Shown: positions 23,707 to 35,693 of the stretch, piece after piece
Position numbering within the stretch: the stretch's first letter is position 1
How the letters are laid out: each line of letters opens with the position of its first letter
Source of the DNA: Psammoneis japonica
Taxonomy: Eukaryota
Length of the DNA: 64,000 nucleotides
Reading direction: 5' to 3'
NCBI GenBank assembly: GCA_008632985.1
Contig: QPGO01000019.1
Span: forward strand, 310,001 to 374,000
Position numbers and translations under genes: made by a program
The notes under the pieces: generated by a model
Told to the model about the DNA's origin: nothing
The model's input: the letters and a program-made list of their open reading frames with translations, nothing else
Databases searched by the model: none

Positions 23707-24646
23707 GATTGACAGTCTTGCTCATTGTCAACCCATTGAGCAACCGCCATCGTCGTCGTTGATTTACCAACGACGCTGTTTCAATTCTACGTGGACCTCC
23801 GTGTGTGTTCTACATACATCGGCAAGTCTACGCGCATTCAATGCCAGGGCATCGGCAGGAAGTTAACGTCACCGTCAAGTCTCCTTGCCGCTGGACATCT
23901 GGATTGATTGTGCCACCTTTGGTCGCTGAAGACATGCATTCAACGGTCACATCCAAGTCTGTCCTTGATCCTCATCCCTTGACACACCTGTTCATCGGTC
24001 AACGGTCAAGAACCCCACATGTTCAAGGATCTTCGTCGCTGAAGACATGTGTGTGTGTGCATGTCTTCACGGCCAAGAACCTGCACCCACTCTTCGGACT
24101 GCGGTTTTGCTGCCACTCTACAAGCACACCGAGTCCATTGCACCTGATCTACCCCGGACTGCTGGTGCTCTGCAGTTCTGCCAGGTCCACGAGGACGACT
24201 GTGAGAGCAAGTGGCCGTGACCACAGCCTGCGTTGGGGCGAGGGTGCTTTCCCGCGTTTGTTCGTTCGTCCACAGCGCCTGACGCCTGCGTCAACTGGCC
24301 AGCCTGATCGGGAAATCCAACCGATGTAAAACAAGAACGGTTCGGGGGTCTTGTCCACCTCCAGTCAGCTCACCTGCAGGGGTTTGCAACCCGCTGCTCT
24401 GCTCGCAAGCAACCCAAAGCGCCACCAGCTGCGGGTTTTCTACGTGCCGGCACAACTCTGCGGACCGGATGGGAAGTTTAGCACTTGACAACGAACGGGA
24501 TGGCAAAGCCCGGCGACTTCTGATTTCAAGATAGATCAAGATTTCAAGTCAAGTCCATTTCAAGCCAAGTCCATTCTCACCCAAGTTTCAAGTCCACCTT
24601 CGCTTCCCAACAAGAATTGATTGTCCTGACACCACTTTTGTCTGCC

Positions 24647-25795
24647 ATGGTTCTCACTCGTCAGCAACAAACCGATGGTTTCGAGCACGTTGTTGGAACC
24701 GTGCTTGCCCAAGGTGCTGGGAGCCCTCTTCGTTTGGCTTTGGCCCAAGACGGCACGGACTCGCATCAACAACTGTTCACGTTCACACCGTCCCAAATCG
24801 ACTCGCTTGAGTGCGACAACGGCACCAATGTCATCCCTTTGCCCCGTGGTTGTGAGAACATGTTAGCAGCTCTGGTTGGTCTGCACATTGTCAAAGCACA
24901 CAAAGGTCTTGACGTTGCCAATGACTTCTCGTTGTTCGCGCATGACGAGTTCCTTGCCTGCCGCCTCAGCCCCGACTGCATGTCTTCTGTGTCCATCGGC
25001 AGCTCACCCCTCGCACCTCCGCATGTCACCAACCCGACCAAGGCACGCGACCCGGTGCGGGACTTCAAACGAGGCATCAAGCGTGATCCCACCGCTTTCA
25101 CGGCTCTCAAATCCAACAAGCAGTGGCACACTTGGCACACCTCACTTGTGGCACAAGCCCGTGCCCAAGACGTCGAGTGCACTCTAGACTCGTCGTACAA
25201 ACCGACCAGCCCCGAAGACAAACTGCTCTTTGCTGAACAGCAAAAGTGCGTGTTCGCCGTCTTCGAACGCATCCTTCTCACCGACAAGGGCAAGGCTCTC
25301 ATCCGCGAAAATGTGGGGTCTTCTGACGCACAGACCGTCTGCTGAGCCTTGTCTGAGTGCGCGCTCGCCTCCACCCGTGCATCTGTCGAGTCCTCCACCC
25401 TGCCAACGTGCCTTGCCACCGCACGTCTTGGTGATGGTGCTTGGAAAGGTCCGACCCACGGGTTCATCCTTCATTGGCAAGATCAGTTGCGCAAGTGCGA
25501 GGCACTCATCCCGGCCAGTGACCACTTCTCTGAAGGACAGAAGCGCGTCATGCTCGAGAATGCCGTGCACCCTGTCGAGGAACTCCGTGCTGTCAAGAAC
25601 CAAGCTGATCAGCATCGTACGCAGAGTGGCAAGAGCCTCACATGCGATCAATGCTGTGGCTTGCTCCTCTCCGCGGCAGCCCAATGCGACAGCACGTTTC
25701 AACCCAAAGACGACACCTCGAGCTCCCCGCCGCGCCATGTGCACACACGACGTCTGCTCCGAGGAACCGTCCGACGATGTGTTCTACGACATTGA
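24647..25795 (+). pseudogene. copia gag, interrupted by TGA at 25343-25345 (probably CGA->TGA)
   Basis: MVLTRQQQ...DFKRGIKRDP.AF..LK...W..W...AQARAQDV...FAEQQKCVFAVF...FILHWQDQLRKCE. Confidence 0.85.
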
Positions 25796-28700
25796 CAGTG
25801 ACATTGACGTCCTTCAGGCCAGTGCTGCCTGCACCCGTGGTCCCAGCCTCACCGGTGACCAATGGAAACGTCTCCCTCCCGACCACCAACGGATTTGGGA
25901 TTCGTTGCCCCATTCCTCCAAGGCGATCATCCTTGAGCATTCTCGTCCGCCTCCCCGCAACCCGCGAGACAGCAACTGCCATGAGTCCGTTACGGCCAAC
26001 CTTCATGACCAACGCCTTGGGAGTGACGGTGATGTCAACTTGTCCAACACGACTCCTGCTGACTCTGGTGACTCCGCTCCAAATGTGGGTGCCACTTCGG
26101 ACAATCCCATCCTGGCGCACCTCACCAAGCACAAGCCACTGCCACCCGGTGATCTGCACTGTCTGTTGTCTCCTGACCAAGCCCCCAATGCCAGTCGACC
26201 GGGGCCATCCGCCGCTCCCTCTACCCCGCCAGCTTCTGCCGATGACATGGAACTTAACGGCCGCACTTGCTGCCACGTCAATGACCACAATGTCATTTGC
26301 TCTGCCTCTGCTCATCGCTCCACATGCACTGGTGCTCTGGTCGATCGTGGGACCAACGGTGGCATTGCTGGCGACGACGTTTGCGTCATTGCACGCACCT
26401 CTCGCCAAGTCGACGTTCAGGGCATTGACGACCATCAATTGGTGGACATCCCCATTGTCACCGCTGGTGCCGTCATTGAGACCCAGCGTGGTCCCGTCAT
26501 CGCCATCCTCCATCAGCACGCATGCACGGGAAAGGGCAAGACCATCCATTCCTGCGGCCAGCTCGAATGGCACAAACAGGATGTCAACGATCGCTCTGTC
26601 AAGGTGCCCAACGGCTTGCAACGTGTTGCCACTCCTGATGGCTGTGTCATCCCCATTGACATCAAGGCTGGCCTGCCTTGTGTTGCCATGCGACCTTGCA
26701 CTGACGCCGAGCGGGACACCCTGCCCCATGTCATCCTCACTGGTGATGACACATGGGATCCTTCCGTCCTCGATCACTCTGTCACTGACGACGACCAGTG
26801 GTGCGACGCGATCTCTGACCTGCAGGACGATCCCACTGCCAACCTGTTTGACGAATGCGGCAACTGCCGTCATCGTGTTGTTGTCAACGAGACCATCTTG
26901 TCCGCTTCCTTGTCTGCCGATCACGCGTCCGCCCCAGATGATCACCTCATTCCGAATGACGGCGTGTTCTGCAAGTGTCATCTACACGCGATTGACCCCA
27001 AGGACGATGACGTCCCGCCCCCGGAGCGCACTGTGCAGCCCAAGGATCCACCCTTCGAGTCTCTTTGGCCTCACTTTGGCTTCCCACCTGCTGATGCGGT
27101 CCGTCACACTTTTGACTGCACCACGCAGTGCGCCCGCATGCCCGCCGGTGCACACCTTAGGAAGGCCTGCAAATCACCCAACCCCGCCCTTAATGTGCAC
27201 CGCCGCAACGAGCCTGTCGCCACTGACACCGTTTGTGCCGACACCCCGGCCGTTGACTCTGGTTGCACCAGTGCCCAACTGTTTGTTGGCACCGAATCTA
27301 CTGTCACTGACATCTGCGGCACCAAGACGGACAAAGAGTTTGTCAACACACTCGAGGATCAGATCCGTGAGCGTGGTGCCCCACCCAAACTCATTGGCGA
27401 CCGTGCTCAAGTTGAGATCAGCAACAAAGTGCTCGGGATCCTACGGGCCCTCTTCATCTCCAGCTGGCAAAGTGAGCCTCACCAGCAACACCAAAACTTT
27501 GCCGAGCGTCGACACCAGACCGTGAAGCGCATGGCGAATGCTGTCATGGATCGTTTTGGTTCGCCCGCCCACACATGGCTGCTGGCGCTCATGTGTGTGT
27601 GCTTCACACTCAACCACACAGCGTCCCCACGTCTCCACTGGCGCACGCCCCTCGAGACTCTCACTGGCTCCACCCCGGACACCAGCCCATTGCTTCGCTT
27701 TCACTGGTGGGAACCCGTGCACTTCCACCTCGATGACTCCGATTGGCCGTCCGAATCCCGTGAGTTGCGTGGACGCTTCGTTGGCATTGCTGAGCACGTC
27801 GGCCACCAGATGACCTTCAAGATTCTCTCTGACGAGACTCAGAAGATCCTCTGCCGGTCCAACGTCCGCTCCGCTGCCACCGATCCTGCCGTTCGAAACC
27901 TGCATCTTGATCCTCCTGATGGGGAGCCACCTGAACCCATCATCAAATCTCACCATGACGACAACCCCGTCGATTCTTGCCATGGCAACAACCCCGTCGA
28001 TTCTCCTGATGGGGAGATCAGGACACCCAAGATGCCAGTTTTCGATCCGCAAGACATCATTGGACGTACCTTCCTCATGCAGCCACAAGAGGACAGACAA
28101 CGCCACAGAGCTCGCATCGTCAAGGCCATTGAAGACCACGAATGGAAAGTGAACGGCAATCCCGAGCTCACTAAATTCGTCTGCTCTGTCAACAACGACG
28201 AATGCGAGGAAGTCCTTGCCTGCAATGACATCATGAATCACATTGAGCAAGAAGACGAAGACACTGCTGTTTGGAAATTTCGACGCATCGTGTCACACGA
28301 AGGACCTCTGAAGCCTCACGACCCAACCTGGAAAGGCTCAAGCTACAACATCATGCTTGAATGGGAAAGTGGGGAGATCACGTCTGAGCCTCTTGCCATC
28401 ATCGCCAAGGACGACCCCGTCACCTGCGCCATCTGTGCACGAGAGAACGGACTCCTCGACACGGATGGCTGGAAGCGGTTCCGCACCATCGCGAGGCGCC
28501 AAAAGAAGCCATTTCGCATGGCCAACCAAGCCAAGCTTTGCTCCTTCCGCACTGCACCTCGCTGCAAGTACGGATGCGAAGTTCCCCGGAACTACAAACA
28601 TGCCATGTCACTAGACGAACGCAACGGCAACCGCAAATGGGGAGACGCAACTAATCTCGAGATGGACCAACTCGACGAATACGAAGTCTTCCATGACTGC

Positions 28701-30344
28701 GGGCCCTTCGAGTCTTCCACTCCTCCTGCGGGACACAAGAAGATCCGAGTGCACCCAGTGTGCGACGTGAAACACGACGGTCGCCACAAGGCACGACTCG
28801 CAGCCGACGGGCACCTCACGGACGTACCCATCGATGGTGTCTGCTCTGGAGCAGTCTCCCTCCGTGGCCTTCGGCTGATGATTTTCCTGGCCGAACTCAA
28901 CGAGTTGGAGACATGGGCCACCGACATTGGCAATGCCCACCTTGAAGCCACCACCAAGGAGAAGCTTTGCATTGTGGCCGGACCCGAATTTGGCAAACTC
29001 GAAGGACACATCCTTGTCATCCACAAGGCCCTGCATGGACTGCGCAGCTCCGGTCTCCGCTGGCATGAGCGCTTCGCCGACTGCCCACGAGCTGAAGGCT
29101 TCTTCCCCTGCCGCGCCGAACCCGACATTTGGATGCGCAGGAACGGCGACCACTGTGAATGCGTTGCCGTTTGTGTGGATGACCTCGCCATTGCCATGAA
29201 GGACCCTCAATCTTTCGTTGACACTCTCACGGAAAAGCACAAGTTCAAGCTCAAGGGTGTGGGACCCATTGAGTTCCATCTGGGTTGCGACTTTTCCCGG
29301 GATCCTGACGGAACCTTGTGCCTGTCTCCGCGCAAGTACATCGAGCGCATGGTCGACAGCTGCACCCGACTGTTTGGGGAGAAACCTGCCACCAACGCCC
29401 TGTCACCTCTGGAGAAGGGTGACCACCCCGAACTGGACACTTCTGAACTGCTGGGACCCGATGGCATTCACAAGTTCCAGTCTCTTGTTGGTTCACTCCA
29501 ATGGGCAGTGTCCCTTGGTCGAATTGACACCACCACGGCCGTCATGTCACTCTCTAGCTTCCGAGCTGCGCCCCGTCAAGGCCACCTGGATCGTGCCAAA
29601 CGCGTCTGTGGGTGCCTCTCCAAGATGCGACACGGTGCTCTCCGCGTTCGCACGGAAGAGCCCGACCATTCGGATCTCCCTGCTCCGGCCTGTGAGTGGA
29701 TGCATTCCGTGTGCGGCGAAGCAGAAGAGATGATCCCGAAGGACGCTCCACCGCCCCTTGGCAAGTTCGTCACTGCCACCCACCACGTCGATGCAAACTT
29801 GCACCATTGCGTGCTCACCGGACGCTCTGTCATGGGAATGCTCCACTTCCTCAACAAATTCCCTTCTGATTGGTTCTCTAAGAAGCAAGCCACCGTGGAG
29901 ACTGCGACCTGCGGGTCTGAATTTGTTGCCGCAAGGACTTGTGTCGAGCAGATTGTTGACCTGCGCATCACCCTGCGCCACCTTGGCGTCCCGATCCGTA
30001 ATGTCAGTTGCATGTTCGGTGACAACAAGTCGGTTGTAGACAGTGCCACCATCCCGCACTCCAAGTTACACAAGCGACACACCGCACTGTCGTTCCACCG
30101 TGTGCGTGAGGCAATTGCCTCTGGTTGCCTTGAGTTCCACTTCATCGAAGGCTCCCGCAACCCTGCTGACATCCTCAGCAAGCATTGGGGTCACTCCCAA
30201 ATCTGGGACCTTCTCCGCCCCCTCATGTTCTGGAACTTCATTTCATCCGAAGTCGAATCTGTTTCTGTGGCTCCTCAAGCAAACTGGGGAGTGACAGGAT
30301 TTGAACAGGATTCAGGTGCGCGCGAAATGTCGCGCGCTGTTTAG
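25740..30344 (+). pseudogene. copia pol (protease, integrase, reverse transcriptase, RNase H) with mutated catalytic and conserved motifs
   Basis: LVDRGTNGG (PR); ATDT..SEPHQQHQNFAERR (IN); HKARL, TDIGNAHL, ALHGLRSSG, CVDDL (RT); HVDANL, TCGSEFVAAR, GDNKSVV, NPADILSK (RH). Only 6 Tyr in the 1704-aa ORF. Confidence 0.95.
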
Positions 30345-30567
30345 TTTGCCGCGCACAGTTTTGTGTGCTTTAGTTCCGTGCGCTCGCGCACGATGCAGTT
30401 TGCTTTCGAGCCACAAGGCTCACAAGAATGACAACAGCAGCCCGATTGTGCCGACTTGCATGTCTTTCGGCTCCTGTGACGGTCTCTGAGCGGAGACTCA
30501 TCTGCCATTTAGACAGCAGCAAGGAGCCATTGTTTGAATTCTTGCCATTTGCCTTCAATTTCTGTCA
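30292..30567 (+). repeat. 3' LTR
   Basis: Preceded by AAACTGGGGAG and followed by the TSD GCTGG. Confidence 0.97.
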
Positions 30568-30572
30568 GCTGG

Positions 30573-31975
30573 CGGCCGAGTTGCAGCTTTCTTTGCAACC
30601 TCTGCCACTTCCAGCCAGCATCATTTGAAGTCAATGTCTTCAGCTTGAACTTCTTCCATTGTCCTGTCAAACCACCTGGCATGTTGGGGAAGGGAGTGCT
30701 GCTGGAATTTGGCCTCGTCTCGGGTGCTGGTTTCTCGGCCGCCCTCTCCCACATGCGGTGCTGCCACATGTCGTCCCATGCTGTGCTCCGCAACTGTTCA
30801 ATGAGTCTGGATGCCCACTGCAGTCCCATGTTCCTTTGTTCAAGAAATTTGCAGCATGCCTGTTGGGTTGTGCCACCCACTTTGCAGTCAAGAATCCTTT
30901 GACAAGAGCGCCATCTTGCCCAAGGTTTCTCTTGTGAGTCGAGTGCAGCCTGCACATGAGGATGGTCAGACACTGGGATCTTGTTGTGTTGCCCCTCACA
31001 CCAGGATTGCATCAGCCTGAGGATGCTGGCTTGCAAGTCTGGGCAAGCCAGTTGTTCTGTTGGCCATTTCTTGAGATTCTCCATCTTCTTGGTCCAAAGC
31101 CCTGCATCTCAAAACATGATCTGTCCCATCGTCTCCATCCTCTCTGCATTGTGAGCAGGTGGAACTTTCCAGTTTTTTTGACAGCAAAGATTTCTGTTCA
31201 TTGACAATGAACCAGTCTTCCATCTTGGTTGCCACAGTTGATGGAAAGTGGGGCATCTGCAAATTGCAACCCACAGCTTCCCTGTCAATTTTGGCATGAG
31301 TGGGCTCCGGATCAAGTCTCTTCTGTGCCAGCACAACTCTGCCGGCAGACCATGCACATGTTCTGGAACCATGCTTGGCTGCCACAATGTCAGTGTCTTG
31401 TCCTGGAGTTTGATTGGCCAGATGGGTTGCAGCACTTTGCGCGGCATTGCGTCAGATGATCTCGCAATGCTCCCCAGCAAAAGAAGCCTTGGCCAGCAAG
31501 CCCATCTCCACATTGAGCTGTTCTGCATGAGTCAGTTCATGCAGTGGCTTGTGTTTGTTCTTGTGTCTGTCAACTTCTTCTGCCCCAATGACAATTGGCA
31601 GCTCTTGCACCATCAATCGCATTGGATGTGTTTGACCACAATTTGTCAGCTTGGGATCATCACAGGATTTGAAGAAGCAAGTCCACAAACTGACATCACA
31701 GCAGTCACAGGCCAACACCACCTTTCCATGTGCAATGTTGCAGTGTTTGCATGGCCTCCTGATGAAGGCAATTGGGCCAAAGATGACACTCAACTCCTTT
31801 CTGTAAAGTGTCAAATCTGTGCTGTCACCTGGAGTTTGGTTGACTCCTCGACAGCGGTGAGTGTGTGCTTTGCTTGGCAGCAATGTCATGCCTGCTGTTG
31901 CCAATCCTTCTTTGTAAGAGCCATCCGCAACACAGATGGCAGTGCCTTCTTTGACTCCTTTGACTGGAGCCTCTA
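30573..31975 (-). mobile_element. Degenerate 3' part (RNase H and Cys/Trp-rich tail) of a diatom non-LTR (Ambal-like) retrotransposon, into which the copia element inserted
   Basis: Fragments PGDSTDLTLYRKELSVIFG, VVLACD, EVDRHKN...LTHAEQLNVEMGLLAK, CSQCREDGDDGTDHVLRC and WASRLIEQLRSTAWDDMWQHR. Confidence 0.65.
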
Positions 31976-32335
31976 AATCCAGCTGGAACCCATGGGGAAT
32001 GAATGACCACTCTGCATTGCTGAGAGGTCGTTCTAGGTTCTAGTGCACTCGGTGGAAGAACAGGCGAAGTGTAATCCGAGTTGGAAGTGCATCTGGAGGT
32101 AACTGTGAGACGCAACCGTTTGGTTGATGGCAAGCGCTGTGACTCCTTCGTCTTTGGGGTAGTCTTGTGTGCATGACTCAACCCGAGTGTTGATCCGCTT
32201 AAATGCTCTATTTTCTTGGGGTGAATACATCCACGGTGTGCTAGAATGTCATTACCATATCTACTTTCAGCACCCAAGATTCCCCAAGAGAACTCTTTTA
32301 CGCTGCCCATATATTACTTCTTCCGCTCAATGGCC

Positions 32336-33692
32336 TCAACTAAGCTCCATCCTGAGCTTTTTCGCCGGACTGCCATTGAGAACTGCCTCGTAATTGTCTT
32401 GTACACATTGCTTACACCACGAGCCCGAGAAGAATGCTCCAGCGCATGCACAGTTGCTGCAAATGTCTGCCCCACAAAATCCGCAGACCAAGAATGGATC
32501 GCACGAGTTGCAGTACGTTTCACCGCAGCACTCGCAAGCCATGTTGGAGTTGTTGCGACCACTACATGAGGAGCAAAAGGTTGCTTTACAAGCGGCACAA
32601 TCCGCGATGCAATTCGTGCAAAGCTCGCAGAAATCTAGATCACATGTATTGCACGTTGCCGCTGGGCAATCGCTGCACATGGCTCCTCCACAGACCCACA
32701 CAACGCAAGGATTTGGCATGTCTTGCAATAACTACGGCAGCAGGTATTGCACGTTTCGTCATCTCCGCAAGTGGCGCATGCACGAATTCCACAAGCAGCG
32801 CACCTTTTGACATGCATGCAATGCATGCAGAAATCGTCGTGACAAACATCACAATGAACTACCCATGAACACGATGGTGGTTTCGTGGGATTTTTCATTG
32901 TGGGATCATGTTGACAAAAGGTTTCGTTGCACATGGAGCAATTCTTGGGGACTTTGCAACCAAGACAAAAGTGTGCTTGGCAAAGCGAGCACCGAAACAG
33001 AGGGGGGCAGCTTTTGTTTTGTCTCGACGGCATGACACTTTACCGCATTCCACACATTCAAAAGCGGGAAACCGTAGATGATCTTCATCCGTCACGAGCT
33101 GAACCTTGCACGTGTCACATACCTGTTGGTTCTGCCGGAGTCTCTGTATCTTGCAAGCGTCAAGATCACGCAAAAACGCACATTGCATTTCTTCATCGTC
33201 CTCATCAATACCGATTCTCGGAAATTGAACACGATTCAATTTGAAGGGTAGCATCGATCGTAAAATATCAAATAGCATCCTGCTCTTGTTGTTGTTGTCT
33301 ATAGAATCATCATTATGATGGTACCACGTTCGAAATTGTACGTGCTCCAAAACGCGTGATCCCCTTAGCACCGATAGAGCCCGTAGTCCTGAAAGTTGAT
33401 GTAAATAGATTGCCAATTTTTTCGTAACTTGGAGAGCATTGACTCGTAAGAACAGACTCTGCAATGCATCATCCGTAAGTTGTTTTTGCGACTTGACGGA
33501 AAGTTTGAAAATGTCAATTTCTTCCCACAACCACGAGCACTCGCGATAAATGTGGGTCCGTGCATAGCGATTGCACGATGCCAATAACATCAATGCTGCA
33601 ATATCTAAAAATCCAAGCACAAATCTGGATAACTCGGACGGTAAGCCGTCAATGAGCTTTCGGGGTGGTGGTGATTCCGCATCGTCGTCCAT
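32336..33692 (-). CDS. F-box-like protein with CxxC-rich C-terminus, copy B (paralogue of 21702-23028; apparent frameshifts)
   Basis: LIDGLPSELSRFVLGFLDIAALMLLASCNRYARTHIYRECSWLWEE is almost identical to copy A; ends SPAKKLRMELS. Confidence 0.75.
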
Positions 33693-33971
33693 GGTCACAG
33701 AGCTCTCCTTCTTGAAAAAAATGCCGTTGGCTGCGAGATCCGGTGAGTTTCCAACCAATAATTGCTAATTGAATATATAATAATTATAGTATCATCTCTG
33801 AATTATATTAGAAAATTGATTCATTGAATTAGCAATTTTGATTTCATGTTCCAAGTCGATGTCGGTGCCAATTGCAATGGCGTCTCGTTTTGTGATTTTC
33901 TCACCAGTTCCTGTTTACATCCTTGCGATTTCTGCTGGAAGGATTACTAGTGTACTCTTATTTGAAGCACC

Positions 33972-34538
33972 ATGATGGAGCCGAAAAAGTTTGTCGTGCG
34001 GCAGTTACCAAACGAAAAGTCTGGTTTTTCTCAGTCAAAGATTCTATTGTTGCTAATGCTGTTTTGTTGTGCTGTGGCTGTTGTAGTACGCAACAACAAA
34101 ACGCAACAACCATTGGCTACAATAAGCTCTCTTGTAATTGGAACGTTTCTTATGCTTGTTTTAGGATCGCGGTTGTTTCCTAGCAGCAGCAGCACTGACT
34201 CGAGCAAAATAGCAGCATCCGTCACGGTGTATCCACTGGGAGTTCAAATTTGGAATCAAGCCAACAACAACTCGACTCCACTCTTTATTCCAATCGATGC
34301 CATTTTGGATGTCATAATATTGGAAATGGTACACGCGTACAAGGTGACAAATTCCGTCATGTTTCGTGTTGTAAAGTCGTCGTCTACTACTACTGCTAGT
34401 ACCAGCAACAGCACAGCACTATTACTCCAAGAGGACAAGGTCGTCTTGGTTCCAGCCTTTGCGGGTGTTGACACCATGAGCTATACTGATTGTCAAACCA
34501 TGTGGCAAGCACTATCCAAGTCTCTCGGTAAAATGTGA
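33972..34538 (+). CDS. GPI-GlcNAc transferase subunit H (PIG-H)-like membrane protein
   Basis: Two N-terminal hydrophobic helices, then SVTVYPLGVQI...FIPIDAILDVIILE.V..YKV...LVPAF. Confidence 0.65.
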   Translation: MMEPKKFVVRQLPNEKSGFSQSKILLLLMLFCCAVAVVVRNNKTQQPLATISSLVIGTFLMLVLGSRLFPSSSSTDSSKIAASVTVYPLGVQIWNQANNNSTPLFIPIDAILDVIILEMVHAYKVTNSVMFRVVKSSSTTTASTSNSTALLLQEDKVVLVPAFAGVDTMSYTDCQTMWQALSKSLGKM

Positions 34539-34838
34539 AAGCAAAAACTAAACAATATCATTCCTGCGCAAATCCTCCTAGTAGCTACACGGCTGCCAAC
34601 ACGCCGGCTTGTGGGTATAGGCATGGCATTTTGCCGCCCGCAGACTATACAATTCACACGCTATACACCAATTCAGTCGGAAGCAATACAGCGGACATTA
34701 CGTAATCACCCTTCGGAAATTCTGTGCTTCTTTCACAAGAGTCTTGCAGCGGATACAGAACTCGGACAATACAAAACAAAAGCTGTACAAAATATAAAGC
34801 ATATATTTAGAATGTTTTTCTTCTTGATCCGGTTATTA

Positions 34839-35693
34839 TCAGCGGTGTCTTGAGTTTCGTTGTACCATTTCAATATTCTTGGATCCATTGGGTTTTGCAT
34901 CGCTGTAAGTATCAGAAGCCCGAAACATGTTTTTCTCTTCTAGTTTCATGTTGAACTCCCCGTATTCGTCTTCTAGCGAATGATGATGATGCACAACATA
35001 TCCTCCTTCCTGACTATAATCATCATCTTCGCTGCTGGCCGAATCCCAAACATCTTCATCCATGGCATCCGTCAATGGCATGAAGGCACCTCGTCCATCA
35101 TTTCGTCGTAGCCGAAAATCCCGTGGTGCTTCAAAATAATAATCTTCACATATCCCACACGGCACCAAACAATATCGATAACAACACCACGAAACAGAGC
35201 CCACCACTCCAAACAAGACTACCAAGACACAAAAGACTCGAATCAAATCGTACGCAATCGACGACTTGTCGTGTGCCAATTCATACCATTTTGTTGTTGA
35301 TGATTCTTCCTGGTTATTATTATCTTTGGTGGTTGGTACTTTTTCTTGTTGTGTATTATCATTATTTGTTTCATCTTGTTGTTCGTCGCTCGCTTGAGGT
35401 GCACGTTTGTTGTGTCCCTGTTCGGGTCCCGGTTTTGATTTTTTACGAATGTTGTTGTTGGAAGCATCTGCATGATTTCCATGCATCTGTTGTTGTGTTG
35501 CTGATGCCATTGTTTTTCGATTATACAAACCACCACGACCACGCAACAGTGGTGTCGAAGAGCAGCCAAATTGTAGTAGTATGCAAAACATCATGACTAA
35601 AAGTTGGAATGACCGCTGCTGCTGCTGCTGGACGACCACCACCCGTGACGACGACCGCCGTCGTCGAGGGCATTTTGTACTAGAAACAGACAT
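34839..35693 (-). CDS. Hypothetical membrane protein with N-terminal hydrophobic segment, one TM helix and acidic tail
   Basis: Open frame of normal composition; LIRVFCVLVVLFGVVGSVSWCCYRYC helix. The start codon is uncertain. Confidence 0.6.
   Translation of the reverse strand: MSVSSTKCPRRRRSSSRVVVVQQQQQRSFQLLVMMFCILLQFGCSSTPLLRGRGGLYNRKTMASATQQQMHGNHADASNNNIRKKSKPGPEQGHNKRAPQASDEQQDETNNDNTQQEKVPTTKDNNNQEESSTTKWYELAHDKSSIAYDLIRVFCVLVVLFGVVGSVSWCCYRYCLVPCGICEDYYFEAPRDFRLRRNDGRGAFMPLTDAMDEDVWDSASSEDDDYSQEGGYVVHHHHSLEDEYGEFNMKLEEKNMFRASDTYSDAKPNGSKNIEMVQRNSRHR

Larger units (their letters stand above)
23431..30567 (+). mobile_element. Full-length Ty1/copia LTR retrotransposon (CoDi-type), inactivated by hypermutation
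   Basis: 276-bp LTRs TGACAG...CTGTCA; 5-bp TSD GCTGG at 23426-23430 and 30568-30572; purine tract before the 3' LTR; domain order gag-PR-IN-RT-RH. Confidence 0.97.

Noticed and set aside
25638..27525. Overlapping 447-aa antisense and 627-aa alternative-frame ORFs as real genes
   Set aside because: Shadows of a GC-rich, TA-free pol region with no recognisable motifs.
25230..30344. Alternative genetic code, or an active RT with a CVDD motif
   Set aside because: Neighbouring genes use Tyr normally. Substitutions go to both Cys and His and also hit Leu, Val and Ser codons containing or spanning TA. gag has a stop and a frameshift.
23431..30567. Classical fungal RIP (CpA->TpA) as the explanation of the LTR differences
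   Set aside because: The LTR pair alone is ambiguous, but loss of conserved Tyr codons and global TA depletion show the opposite direction.
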